This document shows positions 19,917 through 31,120 of a DNA stretch of 64,000 nt, in pieces. The stretch is taken from the sequence record CP080654.1. One strand, 5' to 3'. Under the pieces are notes generated by a model. That model was not told the origin of the DNA, searched no databases, and was given only the letters and a program-made list of their open reading frames with translations. This DNA comes from a plasmid. The stretch's first letter is position 1. Each line of letters opens with the position of its first letter. A program made the translations under genes and the position numbers.

Positions 19917-20563
19917 TTTTCTTTCTCCTTGTGTTCGCTATGCTTTGTCGTTGATTTCATAACGCTTATGGATTTTTCTTCAGCACCGGCTTCCCGGTAT
20001 TTCAGAAACTCTACGACCTTTCTTACCAGACTCTCCGAATCCCGATCGCGTAGTAGTGGAATGCCGGCCTGCCTCAGAACCTCTTCCAGCAGAATATCGC
20101 GCCGGATACGGTGTTTTTTCTGGTGTGAGGCATCATCCAGTTCAACTGCGCCGATGATAGCGAAGGTATGGATGTCAACGATGACCACATCGCAGTGCCA
20201 CTGTGATGCCATCCGGAAGAGTTGCCACCAGGTCCGGGATCGTGGCCGGATATGGGGAGAGAGTGTGGCAATATCTGCCACCCGGACCTGAGGACACAAC
20301 AGCCAGCGTGTTCGGCTGGTATGCCTCAGCAATGCCCGGAAAAAATGTTGTTCCCGTGGCGTCATCAGTGTGTCATTACCCACCCAGACCCGCTGGCGAC
20401 ACAACCGTTGCTCAGCCTCTGAGGGGCGAATACCCAGGGCTTTCAGTGACCTCAGAACCGGGGAAGTCTTCGTTACTGCGCGTCCTTTCAGAAGCAGCAC
20501 CAGAAATCCCAGCAAACTCAGCACAACAACGGTACTGCCCGCCATCATTAATATCTTTGCCAT
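19913..20563 (-). CDS. Membrane-anchored DUF2726-like (restriction-endonuclease-fold) protein, about 216 aa (listed ORF has an N-terminal extension overlapping the upstream gene)
   Basis: N-terminal TM helix (ILMMAGSTVVVLSLLGFLVLLL) followed by ..CDVVIVD...AVELDDASH.. PD-(D/E)xK-like signature. Confidence 0.45.
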   Translation of the reverse strand: MAKILMMAGSTVVVLSLLGFLVLLLKGRAVTKTSPVLRSLKALGIRPSEAEQRLCRQRVWVGNDTLMTPREQHFFRALLRHTSRTRWLLCPQVRVADIATLSPHIRPRSRTWWQLFRMASQWHCDVVIVDIHTFAIIGAVELDDASHQKKHRIRRDILLEEVLRQAGIPLLRDRDSESLVRKVVEFLKYREAGAEEKSISVMKSTTKHSEHKEKEK

Positions 20564-20618
20564 GTATTTTATTCCCTGATGTTCCTTTCTTTCCCGATGC
20601 GTTTTCCTGTCGTCTTCC

Positions 20619-21263
20619 TCATCTTTCTGTCCCTCTTCTGATAAGGCAGAACTCTGCCGGCAGCCTGTCGAGCAACGCGCGGCGAAATACATTCGGCAGT
20701 CCTCTCCCGGCTACAACATCAGCAATCAGAACTGATATGACGCTAATCTGCAGGAAGTGGCACAGGACAAAACCAATCTGATGCACCAGTTCCGCAGCAG
20801 GCATATTACGAAGAGCATTAATCAGCCGGATGGCATCCTGTGGGGAACCCCAGGCGAGAATACCGATACCGACCAGCATCACCGCCGGCGTATACAACAG
20901 CCCCCGGCTGATAACCCGTCCGGTCAGGCCTGTAAGCTCACACCTTTGCTGGCGAAACACCTCATCATCCCGGAGGATTTCCCATTCCAGCCGGGCCTTT
21001 TCATGGCGCGGCACCTCGGCCACCACCTGAATACCGTCGCGAATACTGACCAGCGGTGAGACCTCTGGCTTTCTCATCCGGTCGATGTGCCGGGTGTACA
21101 GGGCCAGACCGGCCCAGAACAGCGCGACAGATAACGCAACCAGATAAAATCCGCTTGCCCGGGATACAGGAGAAAATAAAACCATCTGAACCAGTGCCAG
21201 CGCGCAGCCGTATAAATAACAGAATAACTGCTGCTCAGGGCGCAGAATGAAATATCTGAACAT
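20619..21263 (-). CDS. Hypothetical polytopic inner-membrane protein (214 aa)
   Basis: Four or more hydrophobic helices; operon position. Confidence 0.45.
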   Translation of the reverse strand: MFRYFILRPEQQLFCYLYGCALALVQMVLFSPVSRASGFYLVALSVALFWAGLALYTRHIDRMRKPEVSPLVSIRDGIQVVAEVPRHEKARLEWEILRDDEVFRQQRCELTGLTGRVISRGLLYTPAVMLVGIGILAWGSPQDAIRLINALRNMPAAELVHQIGFVLCHFLQISVISVLIADVVAGRGLPNVFRRALLDRLPAEFCLIRRGTER

Positions 21264-21312
21264 ATTGATTCCTTTTTAGATAAAAATAACATTCACAGCC
21301 GTCTTAATTTCA

Positions 21313-21915
21313 TTATCGCCAGACCACTGTTTTCTCATACACCGCAATCACACCACGCCTGATTAATTCCTCTTTAACGCGACCATAAAGCGCCATGCCT
21401 TTTGTATTACCGGACAGGGATTTAATATAATTCATCAGGGATGAAGTATTCGCCGGGCGGTTCCCTGCAGATTTTTTACTTAATGACTGGACTTTATCGG
21501 TCAGGTGCAGCACTTCATCGTTACTGATTACCATAGGTGCCGCCTTCGGTTTCTCTGCAGAGCAAGGCGATGGTATACGGCAACATCGTCTCCCCGCCCT
21601 GCATAGCTCGGCAATGACGCCATCATAGCCTTTATCATTCGAGATAATATGAAATATCGTCTCTTCCGGTGCAGTCGCGCTAAGTCTTCCCAGCTCAAAC
21701 ACCAGATGGAAGTCCACATTATTTTTTGACACATTTGCAACCTGGAATACGCTTACCGATATATCACCTGCATACGTTACAGCTGGAAAACGTATAAACT
21801 CCTGCTGAGGCCCGGTAAATAAAATAAGGCGTTCATAACGGGACAGACGGACACTTTCAAGTGTACCAATATTTTCATAATCTACGAGAGCAATAATTTT
21901 TTCAGTCATCGTCAT
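21313..21915 (-). CDS. Hypothetical 200-aa protein with N-terminal NYN/PIN-like nuclease-fold resemblance
   Basis: N-terminus (KIIALVDYENIG..ILFTG..) reminiscent of NYN/LabA-like domains; weak. Confidence 0.4.
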   Translation of the reverse strand: MTMTEKIIALVDYENIGTLESVRLSRYERLILFTGPQQEFIRFPAVTYAGDISVSVFQVANVSKNNVDFHLVFELGRLSATAPEETIFHIISNDKGYDGVIAELCRAGRRCCRIPSPCSAEKPKAAPMVISNDEVLHLTDKVQSLSKKSAGNRPANTSSLMNYIKSLSGNTKGMALYGRVKEELIRRGVIAVYEKTVVWR

Positions 21916-22075
21916 CCAGAATCTGTCTGCACGGACAGTTATGATGCCGCAGCCTGTAATGCGGCAAATATAAAATGAATACCTGTTGCTATTTCAGGCA
22001 TACCCTCAGCTAATTTTCGTTACATCTATTAGCTGAGGATTCCCAGGTATAATTATCAGGAATGGGTAAATATAA

Positions 22076-22669
22076 TTAAAGGGTCTGACTCATCTTTCGT
22101 TCAGCTCGCAGCAGCTCCTTCATCATGCGCTCACTGGCGTACTGCGCTTCCTCTGCAGTGACGGTCGCAACGGCATTCCCCTGCAGATCATAGCGGGAGG
22201 CCCCCACCTTCATCCGGGACAGATAGCCCGCAGACCGGGTCAGACTCTTCAGGCACTTAATGACCTGTTTATGCGACAGCGGCAGGTCGCGGTTCACAAT
22301 GTCGGCAAACAGCTGCTCGCGCATTCCCGTCGCCAGCAGACGGGGTGAGTTTCCGTCGAACAGCTGTGGCCAGAATGCCTTCAGGGTCATGATGGCCTGT
22401 TCCGGCGGCAGCAGGCGAAGATAACGCACCGGAGGTGGCGTCTTTACCGCTTTATCCGGCGCCGGCGCAGCGTTGCGCGCGTCGGCTTCGGCCGCTTGTT
22501 TAGCCTTCTCAAGTTTCGCTTTCTTTGCCTTCCAGGCTGGCGGGGACGAGACCACCACGACCTTCTTTCGGCGCACCACACCAGGAGCAGGGGTTGCCTC
22601 TGCGGGGGCCGTGCTGTTCTCCGCCGGTTTTCGTTTCAGGCTCAGTACAGGGCGTTTTTCTTCTGCCAT
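22076..22669 (-). CDS. finO: Fertility inhibition protein FinO (197 aa), apparently intact
   Basis: MAEEKRPVLSLKRKP.. and ..LKAFWPQLFDG.SPRLLATGMREQL..LSHKQV.. closely match F/R100 FinO. Confidence 0.88.
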   Translation of the reverse strand: MAEEKRPVLSLKRKPAENSTAPAEATPAPGVVRRKKVVVVSSPPAWKAKKAKLEKAKQAAEADARNAAPAPDKAVKTPPPVRYLRLLPPEQAIMTLKAFWPQLFDGNSPRLLATGMREQLFADIVNRDLPLSHKQVIKCLKSLTRSAGYLSRMKVGASRYDLQGNAVATVTAEEAQYASERMMKELLRAERKMSQTL

Positions 22670-22740
22670 AACAATTGCCTATCGTTCAGTTAATAAGAGC
22701 TACTATACCTGAACGGTATCACCCTTTCCTGCTCCTGCGT

Positions 22741-23466
22741 TCACATTGAGACGACAATACCCAGTACCGCCAGGTGCACAGCATAGAACATTGCGAAGAA
22801 ATGCCGCGGCCAGAAACGTTTCACACGTTCTCCGGAAGATGAGCACACCATCAGCGTCAGCAGCGCAATCGCCAGCCCGGCCACTGATTCACTCACGTCA
22901 TGCATATTCATCAGCAACACCATGAGGGCCCACAGCACCCCGTACACCAGCCGTTCCGGTGCATGCTGTGCGCGACAAAGCAGCCAGCTGGCGGCGAGCA
23001 TGCCCACTCCGGCCATGCCGTAGCTGGCGGTCGACAGGGGTATCCAGATGACCAGTAGTCCAGCCGCCGGGAGGGTGTAATACCAGGACGGCTGACTGAC
23101 CCACCGCAGGACCTGGCCCGTGACGGCAAAGGCAAACAGAATATTCCCGGAATACCACGGGTATCCAATAAGCATAAACGACACCTGGGCGACCAGCGCC
23201 CAGCCCCACAGGCTGTTCAGCTGCGACTGGCGTATTTCCGCGTGCCGGGCCAGGTTCATTCCCCATGCCAGACCGAACAGCGGAAAACAACCCCGTCCCA
23301 GCAGGCGCATCACTTCATTGTTTCCGGCCAGCAGTAAGCCGGTGTGGTCCGTCACCATCAGTACCAGTGCGACCGTTTTAATCATATCCGTTTGTCCCGG
23401 TGTCCAGGTCAGCAGGCGCTGAAGCCAGCTGTCTGTCGCGCCTGGAAATGTGTGTTGTGCTCTCAT
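22741..23466 (-). CDS. traX: F-pilin N-acetylase TraX
   Basis: Polytopic membrane protein at the conserved position after traI; family similarity. Confidence 0.85.
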   Translation of the reverse strand: MRAQHTFPGATDSWLQRLLTWTPGQTDMIKTVALVLMVTDHTGLLLAGNNEVMRLLGRGCFPLFGLAWGMNLARHAEIRQSQLNSLWGWALVAQVSFMLIGYPWYSGNILFAFAVTGQVLRWVSQPSWYYTLPAAGLLVIWIPLSTASYGMAGVGMLAASWLLCRAQHAPERLVYGVLWALMVLLMNMHDVSESVAGLAIALLTLMVCSSSGERVKRFWPRHFFAMFYAVHLAVLGIVVSM

Positions 23467-23546
23467 GTTTTTTTTCCTTTTAGCGCTCCGGCAGACTGCC
23501 CGATTTTAATCGGGGAGGCTGCCGGAGCAGACAAGCCGCAGGCGCG

Positions 23547-26500
23547 TCAGTCGCCCCCGAGGGTTTTCTCGCGGTTCAGGTCGCGCACCATGTCCCGCTC
23601 CACAGCCTGCAGACGTTCACGCTGCAGACTTTCTGAGGCCACCTGCTGAATCGCCGCCTCCTGGCGCCGGAACTGAGGATCATCCGGTAGCGTCGTTTTC
23701 TCCGTACCCGGCCGGTCACGCTCCAGTCCGCGAATGACGTCCCCGATAACCTCTTTCACCCGGTCCGCCGGCTCGCCGGCTTTACGCGCCTCCCCGGCCA
23801 CTTCCCGGGCAGTCTGTTCCGCCTGTTTTTCCATTTCCCGGCGCTGCTGTTCTTCTGCCGCCCGCTGCGCCAGAACCTCTGGCGGGAGGATAATGTCAGC
23901 CCCGGCCTGCGGTACCGGAGCCACCGGCGCCGGTTCAGCCCATACCCGCCCGCCGGTCATGGCCCCGGGGTTCCAGGGGCGGTCATCACCGGCCAGACGC
24001 ACCACCACCCCGGTATCGGGATTGTCGCGGGCCATTCTGACGCCCTCCCCCATATTCCCGGCCAGCAGGCTTTCACCGTTGCGGCTGTTCTGCAGCGCCA
24101 CGAACCGGGCGTCTTCATTGCCCATAATTCGTCCCTCCCCGCCGATAGCCTCAAGCCGTCCGTCCCGATCGGTCAGTGGGCTGAGCCAGATACCGGCGGC
24201 TTTCCCGTTTTTATCAAATGCCGGCAGCGCCACATGCGGCTGAGGGTACTTTTTCCCCGGAGAAATGAATTTTCCTGGTGAACTTCCCTGTGCCAGACCG
24301 GACTGCTGCAGGGCTGCCCGGCCCGCGGCGGTTTCATCCAGTGGCCTTGCCCGACCGAACAGCAGATCTGCGCTTTTCACCGCCCGGTCGTTACGGGGTT
24401 CCAGAATATCGTGCGCCGTCGCTTTCTCAGGTGAATGCTGGATGGCCTTTATCCAGCCCTCACGGCTGTCGGTGTAGACCTGAACATGCTGTTTCATGCG
24501 AGATAAAGCCACATAGGCAGACTCAAAGCTGGCCATCTGTTCCCGACCACCGGCCACCCCTTCCAGCGCGATGGCATACGGTTCGCTGGCCCCCTGGGCG
24601 CCGTGGGCGGTGATGGCGTAGGCGAGGTCGATATGCTGCTGCGCCTGATCCGCCTTCGGGGTCAGCGTGCGGGTTAGTTTGCCATCAGACAGCGTGACAC
24701 TGTCACCCGAAACAGACTGCACCTCCCAGATACTGTTGGCCACATAGCCGCGCTCCGGGTCACTTTTGCTGAAACGCATTCGGTCCCCCTGAGACACGGT
24801 GATCTTTTCCTGACGATAGAGCGTGACGCCTTCTGCCGATGCCTCCCGGGGTGAGATAAATCGCTCCTTTCCTTCACTGTCAGTCAGAGTGATCAACTGA
24901 TTATCCTTATCCACTTTGCTGATACGGTGGTATACGTTATCAACCAGCGCCACCGCCTCCTTGTGAGCCGTCCAGGTCGACAATTTGCGCAGTTCACCGT
25001 CACGGATGTTACTCGTGACCAGCACCGGCAGGGTGATTTCCTCTTTGCCGGTTTCCCCGTTCTCCCGCCGTGCGTCATGGATCAGACTGTTCAGCGCCCG
25101 CCGGTCCTTATTCAGATGGGTGATCACCAGCGTCTGCGACTGTGCCTCCGGGGTCCGTCCGGTATAGTCCTTCACCAGCGCCTCGTAGAGCGACGCGGGC
25201 TGACCTGCCGGCAGGGTTTCCCCCTCGCTCAGTGCCTTTTGTATCGCCTTTTCCTGTGCCTGCGTGAATTCCACCACAGAACTGCCCGGCGCCCAGACGC
25301 CTTCTTTTCTCGGCACCTGTTCCGGCGTGACCTGCTCAATGGTGGTCAGGGCGCGGTGCACATCCCGCTCAATCAGGCTGTAGACCGCCGGTCGCAGCTC
25401 AGGCACCTGGCGCACAATCTCTTTCATGATGGCAACGTCGGCGGCGCTGCGCTGCTGCATCAGCCTGAACGGCTGGCCCGGCGCGATGGGCTGCAGCTGG
25501 TCGTTATCCCCACTGGACACCGCCCGTCCACCGCCGGCGACGATGAGGGAGTGGGCTTTTGCCATATCGGCCAGCCCCACCATCGAGCTCTCGTCGAGCA
25601 GAAACAGGGTGTTGCTGAAATCGGGTGTCTGGCCATTGCGCTGCAGCAGCTGCGTGTCGTGGAGGAACGACGCCGTCGTGCGCGCCTCCACGCCGGCACT
25701 CTGCATTTCCCCGACCGCGCGATGCGTCGGCGCCAGACCGATGACGCGCGGACGGGTCTCTTCCGGCAGCAGACTGATGGCACTCATGACTGCCCGGAAC
25801 TGGGTGGTTTTCCCCACCCCGGCATACCCCTGAACCACCGTGAACCGATCCGTGCTTTCCAGAATCATCCGGGTCGCCGCCCGCTGTCCGGCGGTCAGGT
25901 CCGTCATCAGACTGGCCGGCACGCGGTCCATCAGGGGGGCCACCGCGCCTTTACCTTCCAGCACGTGGGTCAGGATGCTTTTTTCGGCGTCCCAGGTCTG
26001 ACGGGAAATCAGCAGGTCATTGCCGTAGCCGTGCGCCACCGGTGCATTCAGCAACTGCCCCGACCTGATTTGTGTCTGAATGGTCGTGTCGATGTCCGCC
26101 ATCGGAACCTTCCCGCCCCCGGTTTCCAGCGCCGTCGCCAGCAGCTGGGGCCGGGAGAAGGTCAGTTTCTCACTTTCAAGCAGCGGGATGGCCAGGTGAA
26201 TGGCCTGTTCTGCCGGGGTACGCAGTCCGGCCTTCTGCTGCGCAATGGCCGCATCCAGGTCCGTCTCGCCGGATCGGGTCTTCAGCTGCTCTGAGACCAC
26301 GCTGAAGGAGGTATGCCGCGACAGCTTCTCCGTCGTGCGCGCCGCATCCTGCGCCGAGTACAGCCGGAGATGACTTCCGCTCTGCGCCAGCTGGTTGAGG
26401 GTGGCGTTATCCAGCTCACGCTGCGTCACCGACGCAAAGACCGTTGCCGTCTCGCTAACCGACCTGCCGGGACTTTCCACCCAGCCGTGGCCGATTTTAA

Positions 26501-28808
26501 TACCGTCAAACACGCCCGCGCCCACGGCCAGGGTCTGCGTGGTTTTCTGCCCCGGCCGCTGTACCGTCAGCTGCCCCTCCTCCACTTTCATCACCGTGAT
26601 GCTTTCCCCGCCTTTCAGGCGTGTGTCCGGTATCTTCCCGAGCACCGCCAGACGTTCCCCCTCTGCCACCGGCAGTGTTTCTGCCCGGAACAGCGTCCAC
26701 TGGCTGTCGACCGCGGAAACCTTCAGATCCAGACGGCCCCCTTCCCGGTCTTTCAGGGTCAGCATATTGCTGCTCGCGGTCACCCGGTCAATGACAAAGC
26801 GATCGTGCGTCCGGGTCTCCGGATCCCAGCGTTCCATCACCATCCCCTCCCGGTAATAATCCCGCACGCCCCGGCTTTTGCTGTCCAGCCACACCGGCGT
26901 CAGGGCTGTAATAGTCGTGTCTTTCTCACCCAGCACCCCCTCCTGTCTGAGGGAGTCACGGATGAGGCCGTTGAGTACGCTCTGTTCACGGGTCCCGCTG
27001 ATTTGGGCCACGCTTTTCTGCCCTTCACGCACGCTGACGGCAAACTCCTGTGCCAGCCGGCTGTAGCGTGCTCCTTTATCCGGTTCACTGATGATGTCGG
27101 CTGTGGTCTGATGGCCACCCTGCCAGCGATACGTATTCACGCCGCTGTCCTTCAGCACCGTCAGCGCGCTGCCGGTCCCGCTGCGCTTCCCGCTGTCGGA
27201 GAGCAGGACCTGCACGTTATGGCGCATCGCGCCATCGAGCAGGGAAATCGTTTCCTTCAGGCTCAGCTTCTCCGCCTGATCCACGATGAGTGTTCCGCCC
27301 GGAATAAACGCCGTCCCGTCCTGCAGGGCGGATTTACCGGTCACCGTTTCCCCGGCCAGACGCACATCACCGGCGAGAAAATCACGTGAGCGGTTATCGG
27401 CCGCCAGGATATGGACGTCACGCCCCTGCTCCCGGGCCATCAGGGTTAACTCGGCCACCCGCTCCCGCTGGCCGCTTGCACCGCCCTGACCGGAAACGAT
27501 ACCCATTACCGGGCGATCCTGCGCCAGCACGCTGACGGCATCGCTGAAAGGGACCTGGCGCACCACAGACGCATCAGGCGTGACTGAGACATGATTATGG
27601 CGCTGCACCTCCTGACTCAGGGCTTTGACGGCGAGTTCATCGAGAACGTGGATGTTTGAGGTGAACAGGCCTTTCTCGCGATCGAGAGGGATAAGCTGCT
27701 CCCGTTCAATGGCGGCATCGATGCCCTTTCTCGCCAGCTCAAACATACCGTCCTTCGCCTCCAGCTGGCCGACCGTGCGTGCCAGCAGGTCGGCATACGT
27801 GAACTGCACCTTGCGGTCGCTGAGACCGGCAATCGCTTTCGTCACCACATCCGTGATATCCGGACCGTCAGTGTTCACCGGCGCGGCAGGTGCACGGGCC
27901 AGCTCTGCGGCTCGCGCATCGGCGGCCTCACGGTACCCCCGGATGTCAAACCCGGTCTCCTTCAGCGTGTTCATCCACTCCACCATCTTCTCTGCCGGAT
28001 CGATGGCTTCTTTCGACTTGCGGGTATCGAGCGCGGCCACATCCCGTGACTTCAGGGAGGCATCGGGCCCTGCGGCCTCCCTGACCTCCTGAGACCGGGT
28101 GGAGAACGGTTCCACAGGGACCCCTTTCATCTCCCACATCCCGTGTTTGCCCACAACTTCCGTCTCATAGCCAAGCTTCTCAACCAGGGGTTTGAACGCC
28201 TCCCGGTAAAGCTTCCCGAACGCTATCTGGTTCGCGTACACGTTCTCGATAAAACCTGTTTTACCGATCTTATCTGTGCCGAGAGACTGCCATTTGTCCC
28301 CGTTCTGCGTGGCGTTAATGACGACGGCATGGGTGTGTATCTGAGGTTCCTGGTTACGGTTCGTGTCGTGGTTGAATTTCGCCACAATCAGATTTCCGGT
28401 CAGCACCGTTTCGCTTTTACCGTCCGTCATGACCCGGGTCGCGGCCAGCGTCTCCAGTTGCCGCACCGCTTCGGTTACCGCCTGGTTGTGGGCATCGATA
28501 AGGCGTTTATCGCCGCCCAGCATCGCCATGACCGACACGCTTTTGGGGGCCGAGAAGGTCAGGTCATAACCGGGCCGGTGCTTGTTGGCGCCGTCCTGTA
28601 TTCGGGTCAGGTCGCTGCCATCCGGCAGCTTCCCTTTCAGCAGTTCCGTAAACAGCGCCTTATCCACGGCTTTCCCGTCGATCCCCAGCGCCTCAGCCCC
28701 CTTACCCTGCCAGCGTTCGTCCATGCTCCCTATGACGTAGTAATTATCCTTATCCGTATAGTAATTACCGGCACTGCCCGCCGATTTAACGGAGCCAATC
28801 GACATCAT
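23547..28808 (-). CDS. traI: Relaxase/helicase TraI (1753 aa)
   Basis: N-terminal MobF relaxase (..HTHAVV.. Tyr/His motifs) plus two helicase domains; length equal to F TraI. Confidence 0.95.
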   Translation of the reverse strand: MMSIGSVKSAGSAGNYYTDKDNYYVIGSMDERWQGKGAEALGIDGKAVDKALFTELLKGKLPDGSDLTRIQDGANKHRPGYDLTFSAPKSVSVMAMLGGDKRLIDAHNQAVTEAVRQLETLAATRVMTDGKSETVLTGNLIVAKFNHDTNRNQEPQIHTHAVVINATQNGDKWQSLGTDKIGKTGFIENVYANQIAFGKLYREAFKPLVEKLGYETEVVGKHGMWEMKGVPVEPFSTRSQEVREAAGPDASLKSRDVAALDTRKSKEAIDPAEKMVEWMNTLKETGFDIRGYREAADARAAELARAPAAPVNTDGPDITDVVTKAIAGLSDRKVQFTYADLLARTVGQLEAKDGMFELARKGIDAAIEREQLIPLDREKGLFTSNIHVLDELAVKALSQEVQRHNHVSVTPDASVVRQVPFSDAVSVLAQDRPVMGIVSGQGGASGQRERVAELTLMAREQGRDVHILAADNRSRDFLAGDVRLAGETVTGKSALQDGTAFIPGGTLIVDQAEKLSLKETISLLDGAMRHNVQVLLSDSGKRSGTGSALTVLKDSGVNTYRWQGGHQTTADIISEPDKGARYSRLAQEFAVSVREGQKSVAQISGTREQSVLNGLIRDSLRQEGVLGEKDTTITALTPVWLDSKSRGVRDYYREGMVMERWDPETRTHDRFVIDRVTASSNMLTLKDREGGRLDLKVSAVDSQWTLFRAETLPVAEGERLAVLGKIPDTRLKGGESITVMKVEEGQLTVQRPGQKTTQTLAVGAGVFDGIKIGHGWVESPGRSVSETATVFASVTQRELDNATLNQLAQSGSHLRLYSAQDAARTTEKLSRHTSFSVVSEQLKTRSGETDLDAAIAQQKAGLRTPAEQAIHLAIPLLESEKLTFSRPQLLATALETGGGKVPMADIDTTIQTQIRSGQLLNAPVAHGYGNDLLISRQTWDAEKSILTHVLEGKGAVAPLMDRVPASLMTDLTAGQRAATRMILESTDRFTVVQGYAGVGKTTQFRAVMSAISLLPEETRPRVIGLAPTHRAVGEMQSAGVEARTTASFLHDTQLLQRNGQTPDFSNTLFLLDESSMVGLADMAKAHSLIVAGGGRAVSSGDNDQLQPIAPGQPFRLMQQRSAADVAIMKEIVRQVPELRPAVYSLIERDVHRALTTIEQVTPEQVPRKEGVWAPGSSVVEFTQAQEKAIQKALSEGETLPAGQPASLYEALVKDYTGRTPEAQSQTLVITHLNKDRRALNSLIHDARRENGETGKEEITLPVLVTSNIRDGELRKLSTWTAHKEAVALVDNVYHRISKVDKDNQLITLTDSEGKERFISPREASAEGVTLYRQEKITVSQGDRMRFSKSDPERGYVANSIWEVQSVSGDSVTLSDGKLTRTLTPKADQAQQHIDLAYAITAHGAQGASEPYAIALEGVAGGREQMASFESAYVALSRMKQHVQVYTDSREGWIKAIQHSPEKATAHDILEPRNDRAVKSADLLFGRARPLDETAAGRAALQQSGLAQGSSPGKFISPGKKYPQPHVALPAFDKNGKAAGIWLSPLTDRDGRLEAIGGEGRIMGNEDARFVALQNSRNGESLLAGNMGEGVRMARDNPDTGVVVRLAGDDRPWNPGAMTGGRVWAEPAPVAPVPQAGADIILPPEVLAQRAAEEQQRREMEKQAEQTAREVAGEARKAGEPADRVKEVIGDVIRGLERDRPGTEKTTLPDDPQFRRQEAAIQQVASESLQRERLQAVERDMVRDLNREKTLGGD

Positions 28809-31120
28809 CAGAAGTTCCCCCCAATCTCGACATCATCCTGTTCATCGTGGCGGTGGCTGTGGTTGATATTGACCTCTTCACGCCGCTGCATATCCCGCTG
28901 TGTCTGCTCATCTGCCAGCCAGGCGTCATACGCCTGCATGTCCTCGATGACGCCGTCCTCGTTCATGCCGGCCGGCAGCATGTCCTGTCCCTGTTCCGCT
29001 GACTGCTGCGCCAGTTCCTGTTCTGTCCCGCCTGCAGCTGCCGCAGGGGCACCGGCAGAGGATGCTGTTGAGGCAGCAGTGGCCGCTGCGGCTGCTTTTG
29101 GTTTGATCAACGGTACGGTCGTGCCCCGCAGGACGGGAGGCTCCGTTGCTCTGACGGAAGGCTCCGCTGCCGGACGCTTTGTTGTCGGCGGCGATTTTAC
29201 CGGTGCAGGAGTTACCGTCATTACTGCTGGCGCAGGCGGGCTGACCGGCTCAGGTTGTTCACTGGCGTGACTGTCTGTATCAGCTGGCCCGGGTTCCGGC
29301 GTATCCGGCGTGAAAAGCGCCCGGGCAAGGCTGCCTTCAGCTTCCCGGGCCTCAAGCAGCGCACTGAGCCGTGCATCCACCCGCGCATCGAGAGTGCGAG
29401 GAATAAATCCCTCGGCAATTTTCGGACGCGGCTTGTATTTGAGGGCCAGTTTCACGGCCGGATACGGCCCGGGCAGCGTGACGTAACAGGACAGGTCAGG
29501 CAGCGTCTGAATATCGGAGTAACTGACCAGCGTTTCCCGCTCTTTTTCTTTCCCGGTCGATACACCATCACGCACCGGGTCAGCACCGTAGGAGTACTGC
29601 TCGCTGGCCTTGAGGATTTCCTTCTCACCAATTTCACCGGCAGCAAACTCCGCAATCTCTTTACTCGGGGAGCGGAAGAAGGCCCGGGTGTTCATCACGT
29701 CAAAGAGCGTGGCGGCAGGCTTAACGCCATAGATGTCTTCCAGCTGGGCATAAGACTGAATACCGAACACATAACAACCACCAAATTTACGCGCCTCCGG
29801 GAGGATTTCGACCAGGTCCGGCAGCTTGTGCAGCGTGGGAAGTTCGTCAGCGAAGATCCACACACGCCGGTTACGGTTCTCGCCCATCGCCAGGAGGCCG
29901 CGGATGGCAATCGACAGCCACATCGAGATAACCGGCTTCAGGGAGGCATGGGTGTCAGCATTGGAGGAGATAAACAGCCAGCCATTGGGTCGGTCCTCAC
30001 GGACGCCGCGCATCCAGTCCCGGATAGTGAACGGCTCGCCGTTCTTCTCAATGCCCTGCAGGTAGCGAATAGCCTTGACGTAGTTGGTCAGCACAGCTCG
30101 AATGGAGATGGCGGTTTTCTCAATTTTCTCTTCAACCAGGTTCGCTGCCGGCGTGTTCTGCAGATAGGCGCGCAGCTTGTCGATCTTAATGGACAGCATG
30201 GTATCGACCAGCTTCTCGTAGCTCCGATCGTCGTCTTCGCGCATCAGATACGCGCCTTCGGCAAAGATAGTGCGACCGGAGCCCTGCCAGAACGGATCTT
30301 CTTTGGTACCCATCGGGATAAGGGTGTTGGAGATGTTGTCGAAGTCCGGCAGCGTCAGGCACTCTTTCCACAAATCCCAGGCTGCACAGCGCGAGTCCAG
30401 CGGGTTGAGGATTTTATCCAGTGACGGGTCGTAATAGCTTTTGACGAACTCACAGGAGCGATCGTAAATGATGGCCATATCGCCCCGGGCACGCACGTAG
30501 TTCAGTAGCCGGCGTATAACTTCGGATTTACCGGAACCCACGGTACCGTGGAGGCAGAAGTTCTGAATTTCGGAGTTTTTAAGAATAGGCAGGTCGCCAA
30601 TCTTAATATCGGAGGCCACTCCATCACGCTTCATCTGGCGGGCCACTTCTTTGGGCTTATCGGAAAGCTGGCGCCCGCCGGTGTTCTCATCCTCACTCTG
30701 CTGTTTCCCCTGGCGGCCCAGCACCCAGCTGGCGATGAAGAACGTCACGATACAGATAACAAGAGAAACCACGGCAGCAAAGGCGAAACCAGTCCACAGC
30801 TGCTCTCCGCACCAGATAGTATATTTATCGGCCAGGATTTGTTCTGAGGTATATTCCAGCGACTGGCCGTAATACTGAATGGTGTATACCGGCTGGGAAC
30901 GAATAATATCGCGCATCGGACCCAGCGTCGTACACCACCAGTATACGCAGCCGTTCACAAAGGTTTGCCAGCTGAGCCGGTACATCAGCATCAGTCCGCA
31001 CAGCACCCAGAATAAAATAAACAGCACGTAGAAAATAATATTGGCAATCTGACCAAACATGCGAAAGCGCATATTGGCGATCTGACCGCCCTGCGTCATA
31101 TCTTTGGCATTGAAACTCAT
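28808..31120 (-). CDS. traD: Type IV coupling protein TraD (770 aa) with Pro/Ala-rich C-terminal extension
   Basis: Walker A GTVGSGKS, FtsK/VirD4 fold; C-terminal low-complexity tail. Confidence 0.95.
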   Translation of the reverse strand: MSFNAKDMTQGGQIANMRFRMFGQIANIIFYVLFILFWVLCGLMLMYRLSWQTFVNGCVYWWCTTLGPMRDIIRSQPVYTIQYYGQSLEYTSEQILADKYTIWCGEQLWTGFAFAAVVSLVICIVTFFIASWVLGRQGKQQSEDENTGGRQLSDKPKEVARQMKRDGVASDIKIGDLPILKNSEIQNFCLHGTVGSGKSEVIRRLLNYVRARGDMAIIYDRSCEFVKSYYDPSLDKILNPLDSRCAAWDLWKECLTLPDFDNISNTLIPMGTKEDPFWQGSGRTIFAEGAYLMREDDDRSYEKLVDTMLSIKIDKLRAYLQNTPAANLVEEKIEKTAISIRAVLTNYVKAIRYLQGIEKNGEPFTIRDWMRGVREDRPNGWLFISSNADTHASLKPVISMWLSIAIRGLLAMGENRNRRVWIFADELPTLHKLPDLVEILPEARKFGGCYVFGIQSYAQLEDIYGVKPAATLFDVMNTRAFFRSPSKEIAEFAAGEIGEKEILKASEQYSYGADPVRDGVSTGKEKERETLVSYSDIQTLPDLSCYVTLPGPYPAVKLALKYKPRPKIAEGFIPRTLDARVDARLSALLEAREAEGSLARALFTPDTPEPGPADTDSHASEQPEPVSPPAPAVMTVTPAPVKSPPTTKRPAAEPSVRATEPPVLRGTTVPLIKPKAAAAATAASTASSAGAPAAAAGGTEQELAQQSAEQGQDMLPAGMNEDGVIEDMQAYDAWLADEQTQRDMQRREEVNINHSHRHDEQDDVEIGGNF

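Noticed and set aside
24927-27389. Long + strand ORFs (455 aa and 358 aa) opposite traI
   Set aside because: They lie entirely antisense to a well-supported 1753-aa relaxase gene; such shadow ORFs are typical antisense to GC-rich coding sequence, and I see no sequence support that they are separate genes.
29255-30424. 389-aa + strand ORF opposite traD
   Set aside because: Antisense shadow ORF within traD; no independent support.
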